Positions 30,339 through 40,732 of a stretch of DNA of 63,962 bases are shown here, piece after piece (the stretch's first letter is position 1; every line of letters begins with the position of its first letter). This DNA comes from an uncultured Akkermansia sp. Its GTDB lineage: Bacteria; Verrucomicrobiota; Verrucomicrobiia; Verrucomicrobiales; Akkermansiaceae. The notes under the pieces are model-generated. The model was not told the DNA's origin and made no database searches. It was given only the letters and a program-made list of their open reading frames with translations. The position numbers were made by a program, and so were the translations under genes. The stretch spans positions 1-63,962 of the forward strand of contig CAYJLR010000001.1 in NCBI GenBank assembly GCA_964370895.1, given 5' to 3'.

Positions 30339-30630
30339 AGACTACATTTCCTAACGAATTAGAATATGTAGCTGAGAGAAGTAAAGCATAGCAATCACGC
30401 ATAAGCAAGGTAAATTTTTCAAAATCATCATATGACTTTTAATTATAAGTATTGCGATTATTTATGAAGCTTCTTGATAATGACTTATTATTAAAGGCAT
30501 ACATAGCTATGATCTAAAATAGTAAGGTATCACATTCATATGAATACTATTATTTTTTAGCTCATGCGCATTGCAGATTGACACTGTCTCTTAGTCGCCT
30601 GTGTGCGAACATGTGTTTAGAGATATTATA

Positions 30631-31749
30631 TCATTTTTCCAAGAGGAATAGATACTCCATAACCTGTAGTTCTCTAGATTTTAGATTCCTACTCCCACGG
30701 AACGTTGCGTAAGGTATCTCCTCTAGCGTCGCTTTTCCATGACTGGAAAGAAGGTCCAGTATATCACCCTTTGAGAGCAGCCCCTCAGAGCTATAGGATA
30801 GCAGTATGTAGCGGGCGGGACAGTGGCGCACGAGTTCACTGAGGGCATATAGCGCACCTGCTCGCTTATTAAAGGCTGAGCGATTCCAATCCTGCGGTAT
30901 ACCTGATACGCGTGATATCTGTGATAGGTCTGGAGCCTTACCTTCAGCAATCAAGTTGAGCATGAAGTAATTTGAGCCGTATGGGTGCTGGTTATAAGGA
31001 GGATCAAAGTAGGCGAGATCCAGCTCAGGGACATCCTTAGCAGCAGCGAGTGCATCAGCTCGCGTCACGGTCGTAGGGCAGATAAACTCAGAAAAGACGG
31101 GGAAGGGGAGCGTGATTTCCCCTTTAATGCGCGACAGGGCATGTCTCCCCCTGCCTCCGAACTGGCCTATACCTTCGGCGTTTTTATAGAATCCCTTGAA
31201 TACCCCTGCAGTATTCGTATGTACTGATGCCATGCTGAGCAAAGGTGCTAGGAAATATGGCTGCATTTCCTCATCGAGCTGAGAAATGAGCTTCCGTGCC
31301 GTGTCTATATAGAGAGCATTACGTCTCGTGTAGAAGACTCGATCCTCGGCGTTGATCTTATCCTCGTTTTTCGGGGCGTAGAGCTCGGTGATGAAGCCAG
31401 CTTGCAGGTTAGTCTCATCAGAGAGTTCGCGTATGAGTGACTCATGAATGCCCCGCAGCTGATTTATAGGAAGCTCAGAGGCATTTGCCAGATAACAGCG
31501 CCCCATCATAGCGGCATAGGGCTCTAGATCATTACTATAAAGCTCAGAGGCATATGATTTCAGCAGGCGTGAGACAGAACCCGACCCTGAGAAGGCATCC
31601 CAGCAGCGCAGCTTACGTCCCACTGTCTTTTCTAGTCGTGAAAAAGATTCTGCTAGGTGAGGTAGGAGTGCACGCTTATTTCCGATACAGGTGATGAGCT
31701 GTTCCTTGAGATAAGAACTCTTATCGCGGAAATGAGAATAGTCAGGCAC
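30631..31749 (-). CDS. DNA adenine (N6) methyltransferase, D12/FokI-like, orphan
   Basis: IGNK, DAFSGSGSV (SAM binding) and YFDPPY (catalytic). Start set at GTG 31749, 6 nt from TGcTATATT. Confidence 0.88.
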   Translation of the reverse strand: MPDYSHFRDKSSYLKEQLITCIGNKRALLPHLAESFSRLEKTVGRKLRCWDAFSGSGSVSRLLKSYASELYSNDLEPYAAMMGRCYLANASELPINQLRGIHESLIRELSDETNLQAGFITELYAPKNEDKINAEDRVFYTRRNALYIDTARKLISQLDEEMQPYFLAPLLSMASVHTNTAGVFKGFYKNAEGIGQFGGRGRHALSRIKGEITLPFPVFSEFICPTTVTRADALAAAKDVPELDLAYFDPPYNQHPYGSNYFMLNLIAEGKAPDLSQISRVSGIPQDWNRSAFNKRAGALYALSELVRHCPARYILLSYSSEGLLSKGDILDLLSSHGKATLEEIPYATFRGSRNLKSRELQVMEYLFLLEK

Positions 31750-31790
31750 AGGGGAAATATAGCACAACAGCTAGTTAGAGGTCAAGCCAC

Positions 31791-32948
31791 TTAGATACGT
31801 GATAGACGCGAATAACTCAGCAACATGGCAGCTGCGAGGATCGCGATGTAGATGGGGAACACACTCATGCCGAACTGAGAGGAAACAAATCCAAATAGCG
31901 GTGGTGCTAAGCAAGAGCCCATATAGGCGCAGCCCATCTGAATACCTATAATGCTCAGAGATCTTGCCTTCCCGAACAAGATGGGTGTCGCGTGAATAAT
32001 AGATGGATAAATAGGGGCGCATCCTATACCTACCATGAAGAAGCTCAGCCAGAGCGAGGAATTCCACGGAATTAATGTGAGCAGCATACCCGAGATAATG
32101 AGCATAGCCCCTATAAAGATGAGTCGACTGTGGCTGAAATACTGAGCGATGATACCGCCCAGCATACGACCTATCATGATACCCATGAAGTAGAGTGAGG
32201 CATGGAAAGCTGCAGATTCAGGAGCGAGTGATCGTGCTTCTACAAGGTAACTTGCTGCCCATATGCCTGTGGCATTTTCTAAACCACAGTAAGCTGCAAA
32301 ACTAATCAAGATGGGTTTTACGCCACGGATCTTGAGCGAGGCGAAGAAGCTGAGTACCTCATGCTTTTCTTCTGCTTCATCATCTTCTGCCGCATCTTTA
32401 TCTTTTCGAAGCCAGAGCTTGAGACTCAGAATAAGTATGAGCGCGAGTGCTAGCTGTATCCAGAATATGATCATATATCCAGATTGCCAGCCACCAGCAT
32501 TCACCAGCGCAAATCCCATGATAATAGGGCTCAGTGTAGCACCTACTCCCCATGACGCATGCAACCAGTGCATGTGTCGTGCCGAGTAGTTCGCAGCGAC
32601 GTAATTATTCAGGACGGCATCTACAGCACCTCCACTCAGACCATAAGGAAGAGCCATCACACAGACCCATATAAAACTAGGGCAGAGGGAGAAGCCCCAG
32701 AGTGAGAGAGCAGAAATAAGTACACTCACCGTCGTGATGACTCCCGTGCTCATCCACTGCATGAGACGAGCACAGCTCAGGCTCGCGGTGATCGTACCAA
32801 TAGATATAATCATAGCGACGATACCAGCATAGCTATAGCTGACTTGGAAATCCCTATGCATGACAGGCCATGCCGTACCCAGCAGAGAATCGGGTAACCC
32901 CAGTGAGATAAAGGATAGGTAGATAAGGGTGAGCAGTGCTGCGTACAT
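31791..32948 (-). CDS. MFS transporter (fucose permease-like)
   Basis: About 12 TM helices, FISLGLPDSLLG, GAVDAVLN, GCAPIYP. Start moved to MYAALL. Confidence 0.9.
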   Translation of the reverse strand: MYAALLTLIYLSFISLGLPDSLLGTAWPVMHRDFQVSYSYAGIVAMIISIGTITASLSCARLMQWMSTGVITTVSVLISALSLWGFSLCPSFIWVCVMALPYGLSGGAVDAVLNNYVAANYSARHMHWLHASWGVGATLSPIIMGFALVNAGGWQSGYMIIFWIQLALALILILSLKLWLRKDKDAAEDDEAEEKHEVLSFFASLKIRGVKPILISFAAYCGLENATGIWAASYLVEARSLAPESAAFHASLYFMGIMIGRMLGGIIAQYFSHSRLIFIGAMLIISGMLLTLIPWNSSLWLSFFMVGIGCAPIYPSIIHATPILFGKARSLSIIGIQMGCAYMGSCLAPPLFGFVSSQFGMSVFPIYIAILAAAMLLSYSRLSRI

Positions 32949-32967
32949 AAAATATATTTTTAGCGTA

Positions 32968-34467
32968 CTAAGGTATGGGCTTCGTATGCTCCTCGTCCAT
33001 TTTCTGCTGTATCTCCGCGACAATATTAGGATACCTGTCTGCGAGATTGTTCTCCTCACGCTCGTCGCGGTCTAGATTGAAGAGCTGCATTTTCTTATTA
33101 CCTTTATTGGTATTGAGAATAAGACCTTTCCATTTTCCCATTCTCATGGCTCGTGCCCCCGCACCTTCAGGGAACTCCCAGTAGAGGGCGTCATGCTCGG
33201 CTTGTCTCTTACCTGTCAGCTCTGCTAAGAAGCTCAGCCCATCGCTGTCTGCTGGTGCTGTTTTCTTCACGACTTCTGCAATGGTCGGGAGTATATCGTA
33301 AGAAGCAGAGATATGGTTCGATACACGACCTTTTTTAATACGAGCTGGCCAGCTTACTAAAAGCGGTACACGTATACCTCCTTCTCGCAGACTAGCCTTG
33401 CCCCAGCCGGCTTCACTGCGGAATGGTCCAGCACTCTGGAACCATGGAGAGGCACTACCACCATTAAATGTAGGTCCATTATCAGAGGTGTAGATAATGA
33501 GGCTATTCTCATACATACCTTTCTCCTTCAACTTCGCAATGAAGCGACCTACTTGATCGTCAAAGTAGCTTACCATCGCTGCATAAGTAGCACGTGGGTA
33601 GCGGCAGGGTAAGTAGCTCTGCTGCCCTAGGTAAGGCTCTTCTTCCTTGAACTTCTTATGATAATAGTCTACCCACTTCCTCGGTGCTTGGAGTGATACG
33701 TGAGGGAGGGGAGTCGCCCACATGACGAAGAGTGGCTTCTTGTGGTGAGGCTGCTGCTCGACGAGCTCGATGAGTTCGTCGTAGAATAAGTCATTCACAT
33801 ACTCTTTACGCTGGAACTTATCATAAGAGCGATCATCATACTTATCTGCACCTGCGTCTAGCTTATCATTAGGCGTGAGGAGAGGGGCATTGTTGAGCAT
33901 CTCTCGGCTTTCGTTCCTATAGACAAACATGGGGTAGTAGGTATGCGCTTGGCGCTGACAATTAAAACCATAGAAGAAATCAAATCCCATCTTATTCGGG
34001 GTCGATACCGATCCGGGGTAGCCTAAGCCCCATTTCCCAATCAGAGCTGTCTTATAGCCTGCATCCTGCATGAGGTGTGCGAGCGTGCGCGTATCGGCAG
34101 GCATAGGCCCTTGCCCCTCTAGCTTCGGGTTCTCCAGCATGGCCTTATGACTCCAGACATTCCCACGCTTGGCGTACTCGTTGTTCTCGCGTACGGCAGC
34201 ATGTCCTGCATGCTTACCAGTTAGCATCATGCAGCGTGAAGGAGCACTCACAGGAGCCGCACTATAATGATGTGTGAAGCGCATCCCTTCCTTGGCTAAT
34301 CGATCAAGATGTGGTGTTTCAATGAGTTTCTGTCCGTAAGAGCCTAAATCACCATAGCCCAGATCATCCATCAGGATGATGAAGACATGAGGGGGAGCAG
34401 CTTCCTTCGCACAGAGTGTGAGTGGTGCGAGAGTGAGGGCTGCAGTTTGGAAGAGGGTGCTTTTCAT
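32968..34467 (-). CDS. Arylsulfatase (S1 family, Ser-type)
   Basis: Signal peptide, DDLGYGD, SAPSRCMMLTG, GKWGLG, SDNG. Confidence 0.94.
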   Translation of the reverse strand: MKSTLFQTAALTLAPLTLCAKEAAPPHVFIILMDDLGYGDLGSYGQKLIETPHLDRLAKEGMRFTHHYSAAPVSAPSRCMMLTGKHAGHAAVRENNEYAKRGNVWSHKAMLENPKLEGQGPMPADTRTLAHLMQDAGYKTALIGKWGLGYPGSVSTPNKMGFDFFYGFNCQRQAHTYYPMFVYRNESREMLNNAPLLTPNDKLDAGADKYDDRSYDKFQRKEYVNDLFYDELIELVEQQPHHKKPLFVMWATPLPHVSLQAPRKWVDYYHKKFKEEEPYLGQQSYLPCRYPRATYAAMVSYFDDQVGRFIAKLKEKGMYENSLIIYTSDNGPTFNGGSASPWFQSAGPFRSEAGWGKASLREGGIRVPLLVSWPARIKKGRVSNHISASYDILPTIAEVVKKTAPADSDGLSFLAELTGKRQAEHDALYWEFPEGAGARAMRMGKWKGLILNTNKGNKKMQLFNLDRDEREENNLADRYPNIVAEIQQKMDEEHTKPIP

Positions 34468-34500
34468 TTCTAGGGTGAGTTAAAGAAGCTGGTGTCGTAT

Positions 34501-35136
34501 CTAACCGCACTCCCAGGGTTTTCGTTTTGCCTTCGTGATATGTGGCTGTCGGACGTAAATGGGAGCTGGTGGCGTATCAAGTAAGAGCTGCTGCGCCTCG
34601 GGAGTCATGTGCAGCCATGTCTCAACGAGCCCTTGAGCAGAAGGGGCTAGTGCCGCTTCTACCTCTGAGAGATCATTCTTCGTGAGAAGCTCCGCAGATT
34701 CTACGCTACCTATTCTCTCTCCCTGTGCCAGAAGGGCATTAATAGCCTCTATTGTAGACACCTCGATGAGCCCACCAGGGTGGCGTAGTGTCCATCCTCC
34801 ACGCTTCGCGTCAGAAATAATCCAATCACGACCACCTACAGCGAGCTGTGCCCATGAGTCTATAGCGGCTATCTTACTAGCACGCACGAGCGATATGCCT
34901 TCTGCAGCAGCTAGCGCTACGCGCACACCGCCATAGCTACCGGGGCCTGATCCCACCAAGATAAGATCTAAGGGACGATCTGCCAGTATAGCTAGGCATT
35001 GCTCGAGGGCAGGGAAGAGCTCCGCATCATGATTTCTATCTACATACCACTCATGATGATACAGCAGTGCACCCTCATCATTCATGAGGCAGAGTGATGA
35101 GGGGGTCAAGGAGCATTCAATGGCGAGGATATTCAT
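34501..35136 (-). CDS. tsaB: tRNA threonylcarbamoyladenosine biosynthesis protein TsaB
   Basis: ILAIECS, GSGPGSYGGVR, DAKRGG. TGATG overlap with prmA. Confidence 0.88.
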   Translation of the reverse strand: MNILAIECSLTPSSLCLMNDEGALLYHHEWYVDRNHDAELFPALEQCLAILADRPLDLILVGSGPGSYGGVRVALAAAEGISLVRASKIAAIDSWAQLAVGGRDWIISDAKRGGWTLRHPGGLIEVSTIEAINALLAQGERIGSVESAELLTKNDLSEVEAALAPSAQGLVETWLHMTPEAQQLLLDTPPAPIYVRQPHITKAKRKPWECG

Positions 35137-35987
35137 CAGGGGAGCAAGAGTTGTGCTGTCGTCCATTTGCCACGTGTGATGCGCTTTTCTAGCACGAGCC
35201 CATTCTGTTGAGCAATAGCTATTGTCTCATCAGCCTGTTCCTTTAAGATACCAGAGATGATGAGTGTGCCACCCTTTTTCATGCTGCGCTTGAGCATGGG
35301 GAAGGCCTTTTGCAGGACTGTGGAAAAGAGGTTTGCTAGAAGTATGTCTGCGAGCTGCTCCTCAGATGCTTCCCATTCGAAGACATCGGCTTGGAACAAG
35401 TCAAGATGCTCAGCTCCACCATTTCTATCTATGTTTCTCTGGGATATTTCTACAGCTTGAGGATCGAAGTCGTAGGCAATGGCACTGCTCGCACCAAGGT
35501 GCAAGCCCGCGAGTGCGAGAATAGCTGTACCACAGCCTGCGTCTGTCAGCTTCCAGCTCCCAGCCTCTTTCTTCTTTGCGTAATCACAGAGAAGTCGCAA
35601 GCAGGTAGATGTCGTCGCGTGATCACCAGTACCAAAGGCCATCTCAGCGGGCATTGTCAGCACGATGCGCTTCGGATAGCGTTCTCGGAGCGACTGCATG
35701 ATAGAGGCATCATCACTAGAGCTGATGACGATTTGCTGACGGATGAGAAGAGGAGGGCGGTTCTCAGGTGCTGTAGCTGCTACCCAGTCAGTCGCCACGA
35801 GAGGCTGTACCTTGCCACCATAGCAAGCAGCAAAGAGTAGGGCCTCTTGCTCTTCTTCCCAGTAAACATCCATCTCGAGTTTTGTCGCTGCAAAATTCTG
35901 AGAAAGAACACTATTCGGATATTGGGCTAGTAGTTCCTGCCAATAAGATTCTTCGTTGATTGGTACCTGATGCTGCCAGTGCCACAT
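35136..35987 (-). CDS. prmA: Ribosomal protein L11 methyltransferase
   Basis: MAFGTGDHATT, DAGCGTAILA, LIISGIL. Confidence 0.92.
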   Translation of the reverse strand: MWHWQHQVPINEESYWQELLAQYPNSVLSQNFAATKLEMDVYWEEEQEALLFAACYGGKVQPLVATDWVAATAPENRPPLLIRQQIVISSSDDASIMQSLRERYPKRIVLTMPAEMAFGTGDHATTSTCLRLLCDYAKKKEAGSWKLTDAGCGTAILALAGLHLGASSAIAYDFDPQAVEISQRNIDRNGGAEHLDLFQADVFEWEASEEQLADILLANLFSTVLQKAFPMLKRSMKKGGTLIISGILKEQADETIAIAQQNGLVLEKRITRGKWTTAQLLLP

Positions 35988-36009
35988 AGTAATGATGTTT
36001 TATTTTAGA

Positions 36010-38262
36010 TTAATCGAGGAGATTGTTTGCAAGACTCCATGCATTCTCTTTACTGATCACAAAGAGCTCGCCAGTCTCCACAATTTGGGCGAAGAATGGG
36101 GTGTCTTCTCTGCTCACATTAACGGGAGCGATTTTGAGAGTCAGTGTTTTCTTTTCCTTCTTTTCATCTGCGAACAAAGATTCTGTGATGGCTGCATCAT
36201 CGGCAGCGTCAGAAAGATAATCTTCTGCATCTACTCCTTGCTGGTCACGTAGATTCGCTTCGATCTGCTCAGCATCGGCGGCATTACTTTCGATCACATA
36301 GCCCTCACGCTGTGAGATTACACTCAGTTCGAGATCCAAGATGACGGTGAATGCAGGGTTTTTCAATGCCTGAAGTGCGCTTGGGTGTGCAGGAGGTAGC
36401 CAGCGAATGACTCGCATATTATTGAGATTACGCAGGTAACTCAGTGCTCGATGAGAATTGATACGCAGACTGACATCCTCATCATTAAGAGTACCTGTCC
36501 ATTTATCTTCGATATAGTCAAAGTTCAACTTCAGCAATGCTGTCTCGAAGTTCATGGTCAGAGTCTTAACCGCAGATATGGGGAAGTCTAACGCACTCTT
36601 ATCCTTCCAGAGGTACTTATCGAGTGACAGATATCTGGCGATGCTCGTAGGCAGTTCAGCGATAGTATCACCACCACGCTCATGTACGATCCACGTGGCA
36701 GGTTCTCCAAGGGTCTTTGCGCGCTGGTACTTGATAATGTAGCTAATAGGAGGTCTATCCTTGATGAGAGGCATATCATGCCCAAAGATGGATGAGCGGT
36801 AGCTACATGGTAAGGGGAGAAGCGTGATACTATAGTCTGGCTGATCTAGACCATACTCATGGAGGACATCATAGTAGTTATCAGTGGATTTAATATCCTT
36901 GATTACTCTCTCAAGTGGAGTCTTATTCAGTGACTGCAAGAAGGTCTTCACACGTGCCTCATCAGCAGCTTCATAGTCAGAAGCTGAGGAGAACATCCAC
37001 TTCGCAGGTACTTTACTATCTGCATCACCAGGGATGAGGATAAGACGAAGTGGTGCCTGTGCGTAAGGAGTATTCACAGACACGCGTGCTATGTCTTGCT
37101 CAGGTACGGGGCAGAGCTCCAGTGAGCGAAGATTATCAAGAGTGTACGCTAATTCTTCTGTATAGATGGGGGTTTTCCCCTCACGGAGTTGCTTCAGAAT
37201 AGGCTCAGGAAGAAGAGGTAGGCTGAAAGACGCATTGATAATGGAAGCATAGCTTCCCTTTCGCATCATGCGTGGAGATGCAGGTAGGCTGAAGACTACG
37301 TTTCTATCTGATACCGTTGCATAATTAATGTTCGAATCATCTTTCTCGGAGAAGAATGCAGGGTAGATATTAAGCGTGCGTGCTTGTCCATGACTATCCG
37401 TGAGGCTAATGCTCACCGGAGTGCCCTGTGTACTAAGATCGACTGCGGAGGCATCCTCAACACGAAGCGACTTCAGCTTCAAGAGATCCTGAAGCAAATC
37501 ATCAAGCGCATACGCATTAGCCTTCGCTATAATAGGCTTGATGATCGTCCATGGAGCTTGGGCACTGGCGCGCTGCGCACTCAGTTCTGTCGATGCATCG
37601 CCATTTGATACTTTCAGTGATACTATATCATCAGGGATGAAGCTAATAGGGGATTGGTCTCGCAGTCCATTGAGGCCATTATCAAAGATACTCAAGATAT
37701 TCCCTGTAACGACGTGAATACGCTTATCATTGCCGTAGAAGTCAGTGCGTAAGTAGGTGGTAGGAATGACTGTTTTATCGTCTTCTGTGTCTGCAAACCA
37801 TGGAGCTGTCGCACCTAGAGTGTATTTTGCGAGTGTGGTACGACCGTCGCTAGTCGGACGCTTCAGAGTGATCTCATAGGGGGATGTCTCCACGCCAAAC
37901 TCACGTAGACTTCCTTCTGTCGATCTATCCAAGGGAAGTGTATCGACGAGAATAGCATTCTGCGTAAAGGTAAGAATAGCCTGAGCTACTAGCGGATCCA
38001 TACGGTCGACGAAGGGCTCAGTAATCCACCAGCTTCCATCGGCCTGTCGTTCGCAAGCAAGTCTATCGTGCAAGTCTTCTATACGCATCCAGTCGATTTG
38101 AGCAAGCTGCTCTTGTGTGTTCAGCTTGAATAGGGATTCGCCCTTCTTGAAGCGATACCATCCTGTCAATCGTGCCAAATTACCGTCTACGACAAGCAAT
38201 GTCGCAACGCCTAAGATAGACAGAGTCAGAATGGAAAGAATAATGGTGGAAAGATAGCGCAT
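36010..38262 (-). CDS. DUF4340-domain protein (partner of the Gld-like ABC system)
   Basis: N-terminal TM helix, repeated W.I..P and L.E(F/Y)G(L/V) modules, position downstream of the GldG-like gene. Confidence 0.7.
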   Translation of the reverse strand: MRYLSTIILSILTLSILGVATLLVVDGNLARLTGWYRFKKGESLFKLNTQEQLAQIDWMRIEDLHDRLACERQADGSWWITEPFVDRMDPLVAQAILTFTQNAILVDTLPLDRSTEGSLREFGVETSPYEITLKRPTSDGRTTLAKYTLGATAPWFADTEDDKTVIPTTYLRTDFYGNDKRIHVVTGNILSIFDNGLNGLRDQSPISFIPDDIVSLKVSNGDASTELSAQRASAQAPWTIIKPIIAKANAYALDDLLQDLLKLKSLRVEDASAVDLSTQGTPVSISLTDSHGQARTLNIYPAFFSEKDDSNINYATVSDRNVVFSLPASPRMMRKGSYASIINASFSLPLLPEPILKQLREGKTPIYTEELAYTLDNLRSLELCPVPEQDIARVSVNTPYAQAPLRLILIPGDADSKVPAKWMFSSASDYEAADEARVKTFLQSLNKTPLERVIKDIKSTDNYYDVLHEYGLDQPDYSITLLPLPCSYRSSIFGHDMPLIKDRPPISYIIKYQRAKTLGEPATWIVHERGGDTIAELPTSIARYLSLDKYLWKDKSALDFPISAVKTLTMNFETALLKLNFDYIEDKWTGTLNDEDVSLRINSHRALSYLRNLNNMRVIRWLPPAHPSALQALKNPAFTVILDLELSVISQREGYVIESNAADAEQIEANLRDQQGVDAEDYLSDAADDAAITESLFADEKKEKKTLTLKIAPVNVSREDTPFFAQIVETGELFVISKENAWSLANNLLD

Positions 38263-38281
38263 GTGAGCGATCGGTGAAGCA

Positions 38282-39808
38282 TTAGTGACGACGGGTATTC
38301 CAGATAATCAGCGCTATGAGAAGAGCTGTGAGCGGAAGCCCTAAGAGGGTCAGGTATTCTAAGAAACTCTGAGAATGACGATTCAGATCTATCTTCATCG
38401 TGAGGTCTTCATTCGCACTCTTACCTGCGTATTCTGTTCTATCAGTCATCCATGCAGTGAGTGTACGGATATAGTCACGCTGCTCGCGCTTGCTACCTTC
38501 CTTTGCAAGGATATCAGTATTACCAAGCACCAGCATAGTTGAAAGCTTATTAGGCTCATTGTAAGATCCGCGAGTGACGGCCGCACCGAGGCAGAGAGGT
38601 CCCTCCTTATCTTCATCAGGATTAAAGCTAGGAGCTAGGTCTGTACGTGTTTCACCATAGTACTCAGGTGAGGAAAGAAGAATATCAAATGTATTCAACT
38701 GACGAATAGACGCGAGGTTCTCATCTGCATGCTCCAGCGTGAAGGACATACTCTGGCCTTCCAGATTCGTAGACTGGTACCAGAAGGAACGAGTAGCATT
38801 CAAGCCCTCAGGGAAGATAGCTGTGATGTTGTAATAAGCACGTTCGCGATCACGTAAGAGCACGCGGTCATGGTTCGGACGTATACCCTGCTCGCGTATG
38901 AAACGATAGAAGCGCGGGAGATCCGTATTCACAGGGTCAAGAGCGACGAACAAGGCGTGCTTTTTCTCACGCTCCCAGAATTCACGTACGACAGACATTT
39001 CCTGATCGGTAAAGTCGGTGTGAGGAGCTATGATGAAGAGACCTTCGGCATTTTCAGGCATCTTGTCAATGGTAGAGAGGTTAATCCAAGAAAGCTGAAT
39101 ATTCAGAGAGGCTGCGATCTCTTCAATCTGCCCGAGGAGATGCTTATCATCGCGTGACACTCCACCTTTACCTTCTACAACGTACATCTGACGCATATCA
39201 CCTTCGACAGCTTCGACGATAGCAGAGCTCAGTACCTCATCCATCATCAGAGCAACTGCTCGCTTCGTCATATCAGGCATCGTCTTGTATTTAATGAAAG
39301 AAGCACCCGGGCGTATGCGAACATGTTTACGGTCGCTGCGTTCTTCGAATGTCTGCATCGCGATAGATGGATTCTTTCTCGCATCGATTACTGCCAGATT
39401 CTGTGTGAAGTCTACACCATAGATTTGAGAGATCTCACGTGCTCGATGAGGCTGGCGCAATGGGTCGAAGACCTCTACCTCGATCTTCCCGTTACTATGA
39501 CGCTTGTACTCTTCGAGAAGTGAGTACATACGAGGATAATTACGCGTGCTACGCTGGAAGGCGAAGATAACGCGAATAGGGTGTGACTCATCTGCTGAGG
39601 GGAACTCTTGGATGCGCTTGCTATTAAGAATATTGATCGTGCGTTCTGAGATGGTGTACTTTTGTTCCTCCGTTAAGTCACGCTTAGTGTACTCCTGACT
39701 TGCAATAAAGTTAAAGGTGATGACGAGGATGGCGAGCAGACCAATGTTCACCCACGCGAGTGGGTTCTTTTTCATGCCGCGAGCCTTGGGGTTTTTTTGA
39801 CTTTTCAT
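38282..39808 (-). CDS. GldG-like ABC transporter auxiliary component
   Basis: RDLTEEQKYTISERT motif, N- and C-terminal TM helices, ends WNTRRH. Confidence 0.82.
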   Translation of the reverse strand: MKSQKNPKARGMKKNPLAWVNIGLLAILVITFNFIASQEYTKRDLTEEQKYTISERTINILNSKRIQEFPSADESHPIRVIFAFQRSTRNYPRMYSLLEEYKRHSNGKIEVEVFDPLRQPHRAREISQIYGVDFTQNLAVIDARKNPSIAMQTFEERSDRKHVRIRPGASFIKYKTMPDMTKRAVALMMDEVLSSAIVEAVEGDMRQMYVVEGKGGVSRDDKHLLGQIEEIAASLNIQLSWINLSTIDKMPENAEGLFIIAPHTDFTDQEMSVVREFWEREKKHALFVALDPVNTDLPRFYRFIREQGIRPNHDRVLLRDRERAYYNITAIFPEGLNATRSFWYQSTNLEGQSMSFTLEHADENLASIRQLNTFDILLSSPEYYGETRTDLAPSFNPDEDKEGPLCLGAAVTRGSYNEPNKLSTMLVLGNTDILAKEGSKREQRDYIRTLTAWMTDRTEYAGKSANEDLTMKIDLNRHSQSFLEYLTLLGLPLTALLIALIIWNTRRH

Positions 39809-39836
39809 ACGTATGTAAAATGGGTGTTGCGGGTGC

Positions 39837-40700
39837 TTAGCGTCTCCAGCGGCGGTAGTCGACGATACGACGTGTCAGGGCTAGAGTGAATATAGTCATC
39901 GAGATGTAGAGAACAAAAGGTCGTGAATCGATCAAGCCACGTGAGAATGAAGAGATCTGATCTGTGATAGAGATATAATGGAAGAGCCCAGCAGCGGGGA
40001 ACTCACCCCAGAGGTCGGTAACGACACCCATGAAGTAGTAGGTGATCATCATACATGTACAGACAATAGCGGCGATAATCTGACTTCTCGTGAGTGCTGA
40101 GCAGAGTATGCCCAGAGCGATGAAGAAGCTCCCTGTTAAGAACAAAATGCCAAATGCACCATACCAGTCAGCCAGTCTATACTCGATAGCTCCAGTGGAC
40201 TGGATGTTGTAGAAGGTCATGGTAAGTGAATTAGCTAGATCACTAAGCCATGGGTAGAGCATCATGGGCATCCATATTAAAATATAGAAAACATAGGCTG
40301 CGAGATACTTACCAAGAAGAATATGCGTCGTGGTTACAGGGGCTGTCAGCAGCCCTTCTAATGTACCCATGCGTTCTTCTTCCGCAAAGCTGCGCATGGT
40401 AATAAGGGGAATAAGGAAGATAAAGTAGAACCAGAAGGTCATATTATCTAGCATGTGGTACATGATACCTTCATCAGAGCCTATGCTCATGATCTTGAGC
40501 ACGGCTTGCAAGGAGAATGCCTGTAAGCCCATGGTGCACGCAAAGATAACCCACCCGAATGGCGTGGCTAAATAGCTGCGCAATTCACGCATGAAGATGA
40601 CGTAAATCGTACGAAATGAATTTCGCGTACGTTGGATGGTGTTATCTACTGTGGAGGTAGACTGTGACTTATCAGATGGGGTGGGGGATTCCAGTGGCAT
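39837..40700 (-). CDS. ABC-2 permease (GldF-like)
   Basis: RELRSY, PLITMRSFAEEERMGTLEGLLTAP, GKYLA. Confidence 0.88.
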   Translation of the reverse strand: MPLESPTPSDKSQSTSTVDNTIQRTRNSFRTIYVIFMRELRSYLATPFGWVIFACTMGLQAFSLQAVLKIMSIGSDEGIMYHMLDNMTFWFYFIFLIPLITMRSFAEEERMGTLEGLLTAPVTTTHILLGKYLAAYVFYILIWMPMMLYPWLSDLANSLTMTFYNIQSTGAIEYRLADWYGAFGILFLTGSFFIALGILCSALTRSQIIAAIVCTCMMITYYFMGVVTDLWGEFPAAGLFHYISITDQISSFSRGLIDSRPFVLYISMTIFTLALTRRIVDYRRWRR

Positions 40701-40732
40701 GAGCGGAATAGAGGAGGGGGATGATGAGAAAA

